A DNA stretch of 64,000 bases, taken from NCBI RefSeq assembly GCF_009914755.1, contig NC_060937.1; one strand, 5' to 3'. The position numbers were made by a program, and so were the translations under genes. Position 1 is the first letter of the stretch; each line of letters opens with the position of its first letter. Below, piece after piece: positions 52,421 through 64,000 of this stretch. This DNA is from the human T2T-CHM13v2.0 reference genome, Homo sapiens. The notes beneath the pieces were generated by a model. It saw only the letters and a list, made by a program, of their open reading frames with translations, was not told where the DNA came from and did no database searches.

Positions 52421-53669
52421 TTTTAATTGAAAATAACAAAGCAAATGCACAAGAGGTAAGAGATTTGGCTAGTTATTAATTCTAAGTTCCCACGATTCAA
52501 GCTTCACTTGACAAAATGACCTTTCAGATATAGATGGTGAAGTCCTCATCTTGATAAATATGAGTGTTTTCCTAGAAAACATTGCCATTGCCATTTAATA
52601 CTTGAAAGACTATTACAGTGAGTTTTCACCAGTGAAGTTTATTTCAGGTTTTCTTTTTACACAAGTATACATGCTCATTATAAGAGAAATAGCAAGTACA
52701 AAACTAAAAATAACCAACCAGAGAGAATCACAATTAGCAATTAGCAATTAACTGTGTCTTTTTTCATATGATATGTGTTACCCAAAAAGACATCATTTAA
52801 CATATACTCATCTGAAGCCTGGCTTTCACGTTTCATAGCATGTTTTGAACACCTTTCTAGATCAAAGAATATAGATCTACAGTTGTTTTTAATGATTGCT
52901 TTGTATTCCACTGTATGACTACCTTCTATAACTTATTTTTAAAACTGCAGTATTTTAAAGAAGTCTGTATGTTTAAGAGATGAGCTACTAAATGAATCTT
53001 ATCTAGTTAGCATTATTAATTATGACAGCCCTACTCCAGGGGTGAAAAGGTGTTTCTGGACCCCATCCATTTGCCTTCTCCTACTGTGAACAGGTGAAAT
53101 CGAGCTGCATTCTTACTGCTTTTAAGAATTGATGGGACCAAGACCCCCTTTACAATTCCTTCTCCCTTTTATTATTAATGGAAATAAAGCATGGTTTGGG
53201 CTAATCTTTTGAACTTGGAATTCCTGGAATCCTTATTCAGAGCATCTACTAGCTCAGAAGTCAATTTACATCCTCCAGCGATAAGCTGTATGTACACAGC
53301 GTTTCTGTAGTATTTACTAATGGCTCTCATTCTACCAGTTTCTCCCTCTCTCTTTTTCTTTCACTACAAAAAATTACTCTAATATTTTAAGAGATTATTC
53401 TGTAATATTTATTAAACAATTATCTCTTAATTACATACCTCCAGTTTCGAATGTGGACATCATTGCAAGATTTATGGTGGCAGGTTGGTAGGTGGGCCAG
53501 CAAACAGAGGGCAGAGATAGGAAACAGCATGTATTAAATACTTCATATGTGACACAAACTTTACCCTGGTCACTCATTTGATTATTACAGGAGCAGTCAG
53601 TCGTTTCTAGTATTCTCATTTTACTTAGGAAGAAATTGAGTCTCAAAGAATTAAATTTCTCAGAGTTAC

Positions 53670-54477
53670 CATATTAATTTCCTATTGCTGCTATAACAAA
53701 TTATCACAGATGTAGTGACTTAAAACAACACAAACTTATTATCTTACAGTTTGGAGGTCAGAAGTTCCAATTGAGTCTAAGGTTAAGTCAGGGTGTAGTC
53801 AGGGCTGTGTTCGTCTGGAAGCCGAAGAGGAGAATCTGTTTTCTTGGCTTTCCCAGCTCTTAGAGGCTGGCCACTTTCCTTGGCTCATAGCCCCTTCTTC
53901 CAGCTTCAAAGCCAGCAGCATATCATATTTTATTTAATTTTTTGAGATGGAGTTTCGCTCTTGTTGCCCAGGCTGGAGTGCAGTGGCACAATCTCTGCTT
54001 GCTGACACCTCCGCCTCCTAGGTTCAAGTGATTCTCCTGCCTCACCCTCCCGAGTAGCTGAGATTACAGGCATGCACCACCATGCCCAGCTAATTTTTGT
54101 ATTTTTAGTAGAGATGGGGTTTCGCCATGTTGGCCAGGCTGGTTCCGAACCCCTGACCTTAGGTGATCCGCCCACCTTGGCCTCCCAAAGTGCTGGGATT
54201 TCAGGCGTGAGCCACTGCACCTGGCCAGCAGCATGTCATCTTTAAGTCTCTCTCTGTGCTGACTTTCTGTCTCTCCTTCCACTTGAAAGGACCCTTGTGA
54301 TTCTGTTGGGCTCACCCAGACAATCTAGGATAATCTCTTCATCTCGAGGCAAGTTGATTAGCAAACTTAATTTCATTTTCAATCTTAATTGCCTTTTGCT
54401 GTGTAAACTAACATATTCACATATTCCATGGGTCAGAACATGTACATTTTGGGGGAGCCATTATTCTGCCAACCACA
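53670..54477 (-). mobile_element. MLT1 (MaLR) solo LTR interrupted by an Alu
   Basis: TTTCCTATTGCTGCTATAACAAATTATCAC...CTTAAAACAACAC and end GGGAGCCATTATTCTGCCAACCACA. Confidence 0.85.
53927..54226 (-). mobile_element. Alu (AluSq-like) nested in MLT1
   Basis: TSD AGCAGCAT(A/G)TCAT (53914-53926 / 54227-54239). Confidence 0.95.
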
Positions 54478-55718
54478 GTCACCCTACTTGTTGGATATGA
54501 TTGTAATTTTGAGTCAAGTCTAGGTTTGTCTACCTGTTGGTGAAATTTACAGACAGGTTCTCCTATGCAAAACACAGGTTCTCCTTTGCAAAAATATCTA
54601 ACTTGCTGCCTGTCACAATACATTCCATCACTGGTTAATTTCTTTGAGGTTCAGATGCAAAAGTCTTCAAGAATCCCAAAGTAAAATTCAGACATTACAG
54701 GTCCTCTGGAGAAGGTTTACCAACAACATATTAAGTACACAAGGAATATTTTAGGGAAAGGAAATGAGGGAAGAGGATAGCAAAGAAGGTCATCGAAAGG
54801 GAAGTGTAACAGTGCCAATTTTCCTTCTAACCTACTATGTCATTTGGCCCACAGCTAGTCTTAGCTGTGGGATTTCCCTCTAATTTAGGCTTACAAACAT
54901 GTACAAACAGTACTGTGACTTTCCTTTTATCTATTTTCTGAATTATTAATCGTATTTACTACTATCTTATTGTTACTGGAGAGTTTAAAGAAAATCAGTT
55001 AGTACTGTCTCAACTAGAATGGGATAGAGGTTTATCTACAGAGACTGACACTAAATGTAGCCAGTTCAATTTGACACATTTTTACTGACTTCATAGTATA
55101 TGCCAGCCACGTTGCTTAAAGCTATAGAACTCACACATGCGCAGACAGATTCTAATTGCATCTCTGACTCTGGATACATTCTGACACACAAAAGCCTAGG
55201 TTTACAAATTCAGACCAGGGTGATCTTAATGAACTAAAGGAAACCTAGCAGGAATCACACACCCTTATAAAATCAGGTGTCAGGCAGGATTCCTGAAAGC
55301 CTAAAGCTAGACCAGGTCAAGGGCATGTTTCTGGTCTACAGAGAAGGGGCAGAAAGTTAAACTCCTCGGTCCAACTGAGTGGTCAATTGAAGATGCTGAG
55401 AAGGTTTTGCAAGTACGTTAAGAGGCAAAATGACAGAGTCTAAAGAAACCAGAACACAGCAACCAGGCTCAAAAGAGAGGGGGAAAGACTGAATCTAGAT
55501 AGGATGAGTCCTCTCAACCTCACTGGTGAGGAGGGAGATGTCAGGATGTCCAGAGGGTTGGAGTTCAGTACAACAAGTTCTAAGATACATTTTTACTCTC
55601 CTCAATATGGATCCTGTATTGTTCAGGATATTATCAGAAGTGGAAATAGAAGGCTATTTCTGAGCATGAGTTTGATGAAAAGAGACACTATGAAGATTAA
55701 AGAAATTGTGAGTTTGGT

Positions 55719-55890
55719 TGGGGGAGGGAGCATCAGGAAAAATAGCTAATGGATGCTGGGTTTAATACCTAGGTGATGGGTTGATAGGTGCAGCAAACCA
55801 CCATGGCACAAGTTTACATATGTAACAAACCTACACATCCTGCACATGTACCCTGGAACTTAAAATAAAATATAAAAAATAAATAATTGA
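55719..55890 (+). mobile_element. Short 5'-truncated L1PA 3' end
   Basis: AATACCTAGGTGATGGGTTGATAGGTGCAGCAAACCACCATGGCAC...CACATGTACCCTGGAACTTAAAA; degenerate TSD AATTGTG(A/T)GTTTGGT. Confidence 0.9.
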
Positions 55891-56717
55891 AATTTTTGAA
55901 AAAGCAATTGTGTGTTTGGTAGAGGCAGAAAAAAAAATATTGTCAGCTGACAGTGACATTGAAACTAAGTCCAGATGTCCCTGGAACTTGAGGAGAGTGA
56001 TGTAAACTGACAAGACATTAGAGGCAGGACAGTAGTAGAGAACATAGGTAGGGTCAGAGATGGAGAGAAAGCCATGTAAAACAAAGAGGCAGCCATGGGT
56101 GAGGACAGCAGAGCAGAGGTAGCATAGCCACGGCAGAGGCAGCCACCCAGGGAGGGGGACGCAGCACCAGAAAAGTAGCTGCAGTCAGTGGGTGCATTTG
56201 TTTTACAACAGTAGCAAGCTGACCCTCAATGCAGAATAGTTCCAGAGCCTGTATAGACCAGAGCTGGGTGTATCAGTGATCCCCTGTTGATACTGACCCA
56301 AAAGGCAGTTTAATAATGAGTTTTATGAGAAAGAGCAGTTGGCCGGGCTAGGCATACTCAAGCTATTTCACAGTTCTTGTTTCTGAGGCTATGTTTAAGC
56401 ATGGATGAATCCAGTTCAATGAAATTTGCCAAATTTCTTTTTGGTAAGTCAATTAAGTAATATTTACCCTTGCATTTTAGTGGGATAAAATAGTTTCATT
56501 AACTCTTGATAGTACTAAAATCTACTAATCCCAGAAATTAAACTCCTGATAATATAATATTTGGAGATGATGGCTGTTTCTGTCCTTCCTGTATACTACT
56601 TACTGCTTAGAGAGAATAAGTTATCAGCTCTGGTCAGATATCAGAGTCCCTGGAGAGTTTCAAAGCCCAAGACAGCCCCAGTAATCTAAATCCCTGGTAC
56701 TGGGACACAAACATTGA

Positions 56718-57064
56718 TTTTTGTTGTTGTTGTTTCTTTTTAGAGGTAGTATCTCACTCTGTTGCCCAGGCTGGAGTGCAGTGGCACAATCATAGCTCAC
56801 TGTAAACTTGAACTCCTGGGCTCAAGAGATCTTCCTGCCTCCGCCTCCCTAGTAGCTGAGCACCGTGCCTGGTTAACTTTTTCAATTATTTATAGAGATA
56901 GGGTCTATGTTAGCCCTTCCTTTTTAAAAAAACAAAAAAATTAATACAGAGATGGGGGTTCCCTCTGTTGCCCAGGCTAGTCTGGAACTCCTGGACTCAA
57001 GCAAGTCTCCTGCCTCGGCCTCCCAAAGTGCTGGGATTATAGGCATGAGCTATCTCGTCCAGCC
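56718..57064 (-). mobile_element. AluJ-like element with a scrambled central region
   Basis: ATCATAGCTCACTGTAAACTTGAACTCCTGGGCTCAAG (J-type); junction region partly duplicated. Confidence 0.85.
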
Positions 57065-57233
57065 CAATATATATATATATATGTTTTTTAAACAAACTCA
57101 AGTAATTTTAATTTGCAGGCAAGACTGAAAAACACTGGATTTAAGAGAGTAAATCCTTAATCCTGCCTAGACATCTGACCTCTTTTTTTTTAGTACTGAT
57201 TTCACTGACTAAGCTAAGTCTACCTTTTTTGAA

Positions 57234-57393
57234 CAGTGGTTATCAAATTTTAGCATGCATCAAAATAACCTGGAGGGTGTCTTCTAACACAGATTGAGGG
57301 GCCCCACCCCAGAGTGTCTAATTCAGTAGGTCTGGATGGGATTCAGGCAATGACAATGCTATTTACGTTGGAGGCATATTTTGAGAACCACTG
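57234..57393. mobile_element. MER5A-like hAT MITE
   Basis: TIRs CAGTGGTT ... AACCACTG; internal GGGCCCCACCCCAGAG...ATTCAGTAGGTCTGG. Confidence 0.85.
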
Positions 57394-57654
57394 TTCTAAC
57401 AAGATGGTGTAAGGATAAAAATAATCAAGCAGAGGGTGTAGCTGGTAACGTTTTTTTTTTTTTTTCATCCTACTGCCTGTCCACGTGACCTCAGAGATTC
57501 AATCTATGGCCCAGAGTTAATATCAAACATAAGATTTCAAGTACTTTATCTTAAAGTTACTCATGTCTGATAACCTGTTGAAGAGTTTTGCAGAAAAATT
57601 GTAGGTCAAAGTGTTGAATATTTAAACTTCGAGGTATGCAAAACCCAGCTGGCA

Positions 57655-58007
<353 letters not shown>

Positions 58008-58539
58008 TCAATTTGTTTATTCATCTTAAACATGTTAGTATGTACATCAATTTTTCATTTTGTTAAATATGATCAGATTAATTTTTAAAAATACAAAATT
58101 AAGAGTATTTGTACACTTTCCCTTGCCCCTGCTTATATGCAGAAAGTTTCCTTTGTTAGCTAAGCTAGCAACTGGGCTTTTAAACTGGGGCTGGATGGGA
58201 AAAAAGACCTTCTGGTTGAGACATGTGTGGAAAAGATTTTTAGGATCCTTGCTGTGGGGGGTGCATGACATAATTGTCTCTTCATTGTCTCCATAAAAGA
58301 ACTCCAATAATTGCTAATGTTTATTGAGTTCTTTCTATATCTATTCCTTCTCAACCTCCATGCGAGAACTGATTCCTAATGCCCTGAAGCATGCATTGTA
58401 TGAAACAAATTTACTTCATGACTATACGTCAAGAAGGGTACTAGCTATGTACCATTTAGAAAATAATCACTGAAATCGCTTCCTGTAGAGGTGGAATCTA
58501 GGCACTGCTCCAAGAGCTTTATGGTTTGTAGCTTATTTA

Positions 58540-58705
58540 ATTGTCATTACTCTCCTAAGAGGAGATTCTATTATTTATCCTCATTCTTACAGGTTAGGAA
58601 ACAGTCACAGCTAAATAACTTGCTCAAGGTCATACAGTAAGTAGCAGACGAAGGATGCAAGCCAAGAGTACCCTGACTCTGCAGCCCGTGTTCTTACTGG
58701 CTCTG
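58540..58705 (-). mobile_element. MIR
   Basis: TCCTCATTCTTACAGGTTAGGAAAC...TAACTTGCTCAAGGTCATACAG. Confidence 0.7.
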
Positions 58706-59869
58706 CTACAATGGGTTCACTACAATTCAAATGTTCTGGAGTTAGACTTGTATTGCCTTTAGATTTACTCCTTTGCTGAGTCAGGTGACCCAGCATATCC
58801 AGGCTCTAAGAAGGTCCCTCACATTGTTACTCCTTCTATCCTATGTGTTTTCTTGTATCTAAAACTAGTTGGGGATGGCAACGTACATTGGTACAGCAAG
58901 GAGGAGTGGGCAGCAGATAGAAAGTCAGATCTGAGAACAGTGGAAAACTAACCCTGGTTTAATGTCTGCCAGGAGCCTAATGCATTTTCTCACTTCATTC
59001 TAAAATAAAATTAGTACATTTTAAGGTAAAATATTTTGTGGTTTAAAGACACAGAGATTCAGAAAGATAATGAAACTTAACCAATATTTCACAGCAAGTA
59101 TATGACAGAGTTAGAATTCACACCAGGGATGTGGTATTAGATTTAAAAGTCCAAAATATAGATATGTTTATCACTATCATTTGTAAGATATTATTTACAG
59201 AACTAAAGATTTTAAAGCAATTTTTATGTAAAATACAAATTATCTTGGTAATAGTAGCATTATCACTCATTGATGTCAACTAGGGCACTTTCTGTGAAAG
59301 TTATTTAAAAAAATTGAAATTTGTTTAAACAAAAAAGTAAATTTATTTGAAGCCATGGAGGCTGATTTCAGGGGTAGTTAGAACCAACATTATGAGAACC
59401 TGGGGCCTTTCTGTTTCTTTGTTTGGCTCAACTTTGTTCCTTAGCCTCATTCTCCAGAGCAATATGGTGCAAGAAGGCTGCAGCACACTAGCCCCCTATC
59501 AGTTACAGTCAAGTCCAGTGGGAAGAGCCAGACTTTTGTTGCAGTAGCTCTCAAAAAATTCTGAGATTTACCTTAATTGTAGTAGTTAAGATCATACGTC
59601 CATCCAGGAACCAGGAAGTTGTATGATAAACATACTTGGGTAACAGATTTTATACCCATAGCTAGGGATGTTGCTAGGGAAAAAGGAAATATGTCCTGGA
59701 ATGGAATATTTTAAATGTAAATTATATTTGTTTTGAACCTTGCCTTTTAGGGAAGGAAAGAAAGAGATAAAGCTAGAGGTAGGACTTTGAGGAATTGTAC
59801 TTAATTCCCAGCCTATGCTGTATAGGCCATAGCCTGTAATCTATATGTGCAAATAGCAGTGCATACACA

Positions 59870-60655
59870 GAAATTTATTCATCATTCATTTATTCGTTCA
59901 TTGCTCATTATCTGCCAATTTTGTGTCAAGTACAGTTCTAGGTGCAGGATTTAGAACAATGAAGAAAAAGTGGCCTCTCTGCCTTCATAATACTTTACAT
60001 ACATGGGAAACAAGTAGTAGACAAGTAAACAGGTAAGGTTTTAGGTGGTTGTCAGCCATGATGAGTGGTTTAAAACAAAAGGAAACAAACAAGTGGGTAG
60101 CTAATAATGAAAAAATGAATAAATGTAGAGGAGGCTTAACCTATCCAAAGCATGGTCAAAGAAAGCGCCAGTTATGCTTTGTTCAAGCTGAGCCCTGATG
60201 AGTGAAAAAAGAATTAACCCTGGAAAGACCGGGGAGAAATTGGGCACCTGTTCTTTGTGCCAAGGTCTGAGGTAGAAAAGAGCTTCACCGCTTCAGAACT
60301 GAGAAAAACCCAGTGCAGCTGAAGTAAAGTAACCTAGAGAGAAAGTGGAGGAACTGAGTGGAAGCCTGTCATTCAGACCCGTTTGTTCTCTTCACTTAAA
60401 GTTTTCTCTTCCACTTAAAGTTTTCAAGCAAGGGAAGGATATAATCTAATGTACTTTTGCAGATCTATGGAGAGCTGGATTGGAAAGTTTTCAGGTTCAA
60501 GCGATTGGATGAATGGCAAGGCTTTTTACTGACATGGGAGATGTGATTTTGGGGAAATGAAAAGTTTTGCTTTAGGCATGTCAAGATGGCGATGTCTGTG
60601 AGTGAGGTGGCAAGGATGTAATTTCAGATGGAGATGTAGAACTCAAAAAATCTGA
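59870..60655 (-). mobile_element. Degenerate L2
   Basis: (ATTC)n start typical of the L2 3' end in reverse; later L2-like TTTTACTGACATGGGA and TTTAGGCATGT; boundaries approximate. Confidence 0.5.
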
Positions 60656-60658
60656 GCC

Positions 60659-61220
60659 TGTTTTAAAGTGGAGGTTTTATTATTCTTCAGGTATCTTGAA
60701 GCCAACAGATCAGGACAAATTGCCATTGAAAAGATGTTTGTTACTCAGAGTTCCCATGAGGAGGGCGCACACCATGCCATGCAGGGCTCCATGGAGAGGC
60801 ACCGGTGTTGGTTAGGAAGGAGGGGGCGAGAGAAAAGCCTGGACAGTGACAGTAACTTTTATTGTGGTTTCTGTGGGAAAAGTGAGGTAGGGTAAGCAGA
60901 CCGATGACTGGCTCGTTTTTAATAATTTCAGCAGGCTCCTGGGTATAGGGCCTATCTGTAATTATCTGGTACCGGGCCCTGAGATGATTAGGGCAGAGGA
61001 ATGTATTGCCTCCTGGAATGTCAGAGCCAGATAGAGGAGGCGGTTTGGAATATGTGCTCTGGATCGGATAGTTTGCCTATGGAAGGCATGCTCTTAGAGA
61101 AGCAGCTTGCTAATCTCTAGGAATTAGCTAGCCTTAAGAAGAGCAGTTCCCCTTGAGTCAGCAAGGCTGCAGATGCCAGAGCATCAAAAATATGGAAAAT
61201 ATGAAAATATAATTAATACA
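60659..61220 (-). mobile_element. ERVL-class solo LTR (MER54/MER74/LTR40-like; subfamily not assigned)
   Basis: TG...CA ends; reverse strand begins TGTATTAATTATATTTTC...GATGCTCTGGCATCTGCAGCCTTGCTGAC...GCTAGCTAATTCCTAGAGA; minus-strand AATAAA near 60860. Confidence 0.7.
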
Positions 61221-62001
61221 GGGTCAGAGGCACAAGTTTGTAAATGGAGTCTATCATGTGTGTGGCATAGGGAGAGAGTGTAGGGGTGGGGGCAGGTTGA
61301 GAACTACTCTGTCACTCTTCCAGATACCCTTGGAAAAATGTTGAAAAGTGCATTCAGGTTGGAAAATATTATTTCTTTTTTGTTGTTTCCTTCACTACTA
61401 ATGATTATGGCATAGGGAGCACAGACAAAGAAGTTGCAGCTGTTGTCTTCCCAACCCGGTCCTGTTGCCCAAACTGCTCTTATATGCTATTTTCACATAG
61501 ACCTATGATTGTGGGTGGAGGAAATAAAAATATTTACCCATTATGAATACAATGTACTTACAGCTGTTGCTGCACCTTAATTTGGAATCTGATAGTTGTT
61601 TCTAAAAGAGTTAAGTGGTAGTTCAGTTAATCGGTAAAACTGCCAAGTTGCCAGGTACTTTAATTAAATTGGTTGAAATGAAAGGTGGTGATTGTCAAGC
61701 CTGACAAACTAAAATTCTTTATTGAATCTAATTAGGGTGCGAAGAAAGTATTGTTTTAATTCTTCAGAGCTTGTTGGACGTAGTTTTTGATACCTTTGGT
61801 ACAGTTTCAGCTGCACTCAAGCAAAGAATTTCATCTATTGCATCAAAACACCTCTAAATCATAGGTATTTAACTTTTAGATTTGAATCTAGGATATATAA
61901 ATTTTACTATTTCATCATAAAAGTAATTCTAAAAGAATAATTCTGGGTACAATATTGTTTTATGTATTTATTTATTTTAAATGCTATAAAAATACAGATC
62001 T

Positions 62002-62245
<244 letters not shown>

Positions 62246-63121
62246 TCAAAATTTTTATTTCATAGATAAAACATTACAAGCTGCATGAAGGCAGAGACTA
62301 TGATTGTTCACCATTTTATTGAGTGCCTGGCATAGCACTTGACACAAAGTAAACTCTCAATACACACCTAGTGAATCAATGTGCACCAAGTACATTACAA
62401 TGGTAGCAAGTATCTACGCAGTAAGTGTTGCCATCTCCTCATGCATTGTATGCTGTGTAGCCTCCCAGTAGCTTGCTTTCTTCAGCTTTTTTTCTGTTTT
62501 GCTTCTGGCAATATTTCATCATTTTATCATATGATATTAGTAATGGCACAAATGGAACAAATCAGAACCATAGAATGAATTACATTCCTCTTTGATTATA
62601 ATTACAAGTTAATCCAAGCTTGTAATCTGAGCATGGCTTAGATGGCAGTCAGTTACACTACACTAACATTGCCAGAATTTTCAGGTAAGCTATATTTAAC
62701 CTCACAAGTACACACTGGACATTGGTTGGCCCATTTCTTGGATGAAGAAAATAAGACAAGTAGACATTTAGGATATATTTAGATCAATGAGGTTAGTTAA
62801 TGGTACATTAAGCACTAGAGTCCTTGGTTTTAAGCTTTGCCGTGTTCAGCACCCAACACCAATATCATAAACAATGTGGAGTATTTTGTATTCTTTTTTT
62901 TTTCCTATCTAGTAATTTTCTGAATCTCTGATAAAGACCAGGTCACATGTTGTCGTTGACAGGACTGCTAGTGTTACTATTTTTTACTGAGCAGGATTAA
63001 AACTCTAGGGCTGAGTATACAATGAGCGTGAGCTTTGTTGTTCTCCATTTGAGTTATTCAGAAGGTCTCAATAACAGGGAACAAATGAAACATCCTGTAG
63101 GGATCCCCACACTATTATTAT

Positions 63122-63416
63122 TCTTTTTTTAAATGGGGTCTTTCTTGTCACCCAGGCTGGAGTGCAGTGGTGTGATCAGGGCTCGGTGCAGCCTCCACTT
63201 CCCATACACAAGTGATCCTCTAACCTCAGCCACCAGAGTAGCTGGGACTATATGTGTGCACCACCATGCCCAGCTAATTTTTTTTTTCTGTATTTTTTGT
63301 AGAGATGGTGTTTCACCGTGTTGCATAGCCTGGTCTGGAACTATGGGCTCAAGTGATCTGCCCATCTTGACCTCCCAAAGTGCTAGGATTATATGTGTGA
63401 ACCACCGTACCTGGCT
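63122..63416 (-). mobile_element. AluJ-like element, full length
   Basis: Diverged Alu dimer; TSD ACACT(A/G)TTATT. Confidence 0.9.
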
Positions 63417-63476
63417 AACACTGTTATTTTTATGAATATATTCTACAAAAGACCAGGCTCATGAAATATTGCATGA

Positions 63477-63821
<345 letters not shown>

Positions 63822-64000
63822 TAGTCACAGAGTCTCAAAGAAAAGAAACCCTGAACTCAGCATTTCTCATACTTATTTGATCACTGGCATTTTTTTTTTC
63901 AAATAACACCAATTAATGTCCCACAAAGCTTGTCTTTCAAAGAACACAGCTCATGATTCACTCTATGGGCTAGAATGATGATTTTCTGTGTGTGTCTATG

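Noticed and set aside
54553-54593. 21-bp tandem duplication (similar ~20-bp one near 60387-60425)
   Set aside because: Real but ordinary slippage-scale events with no further structure.

Overview
Primate, almost certainly human, genomic DNA containing the 5' end of FREM2 (FRAS1-related extracellular matrix protein 2) on the + strand. A CpG-island promoter (about 21150-23100) leads into a giant first coding exon (ATG 22057 to donor after 27229; 5173 coding nt; signal peptide plus most of 12 CSPG/cadherin-like repeats). A 5.2-kb intron 1, a 90-nt exon 2 (32410-32499) and the first ~31.5 kb of intron 2 follow. The rest is intergenic/intronic DNA rich in Alu, L1, L2, L3/CR1, MIR, MaLR/ERVL LTR and MER20/MER5/Tigger relics plus microsatellites. 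Nearly all short ORFs in the track are Alu-derived or chance frames. I found no convincing new multi-gene system. The best second-look signals are: a perfect 305-bp tandem duplication with a templated junction 4 kb upstream of the ATG; a minus-strand splice donor suggesting a divergent lncRNA; a 4-codon uORF; in-frame intron read-through tails that could give truncated secreted isoforms; a close inverted Alu pair; an old dispersed 140-bp duplication; and several fold-back/template-switch scars. Repeat subfamily names come from memory of consensus sequences and boundaries of old repeats are approximate.
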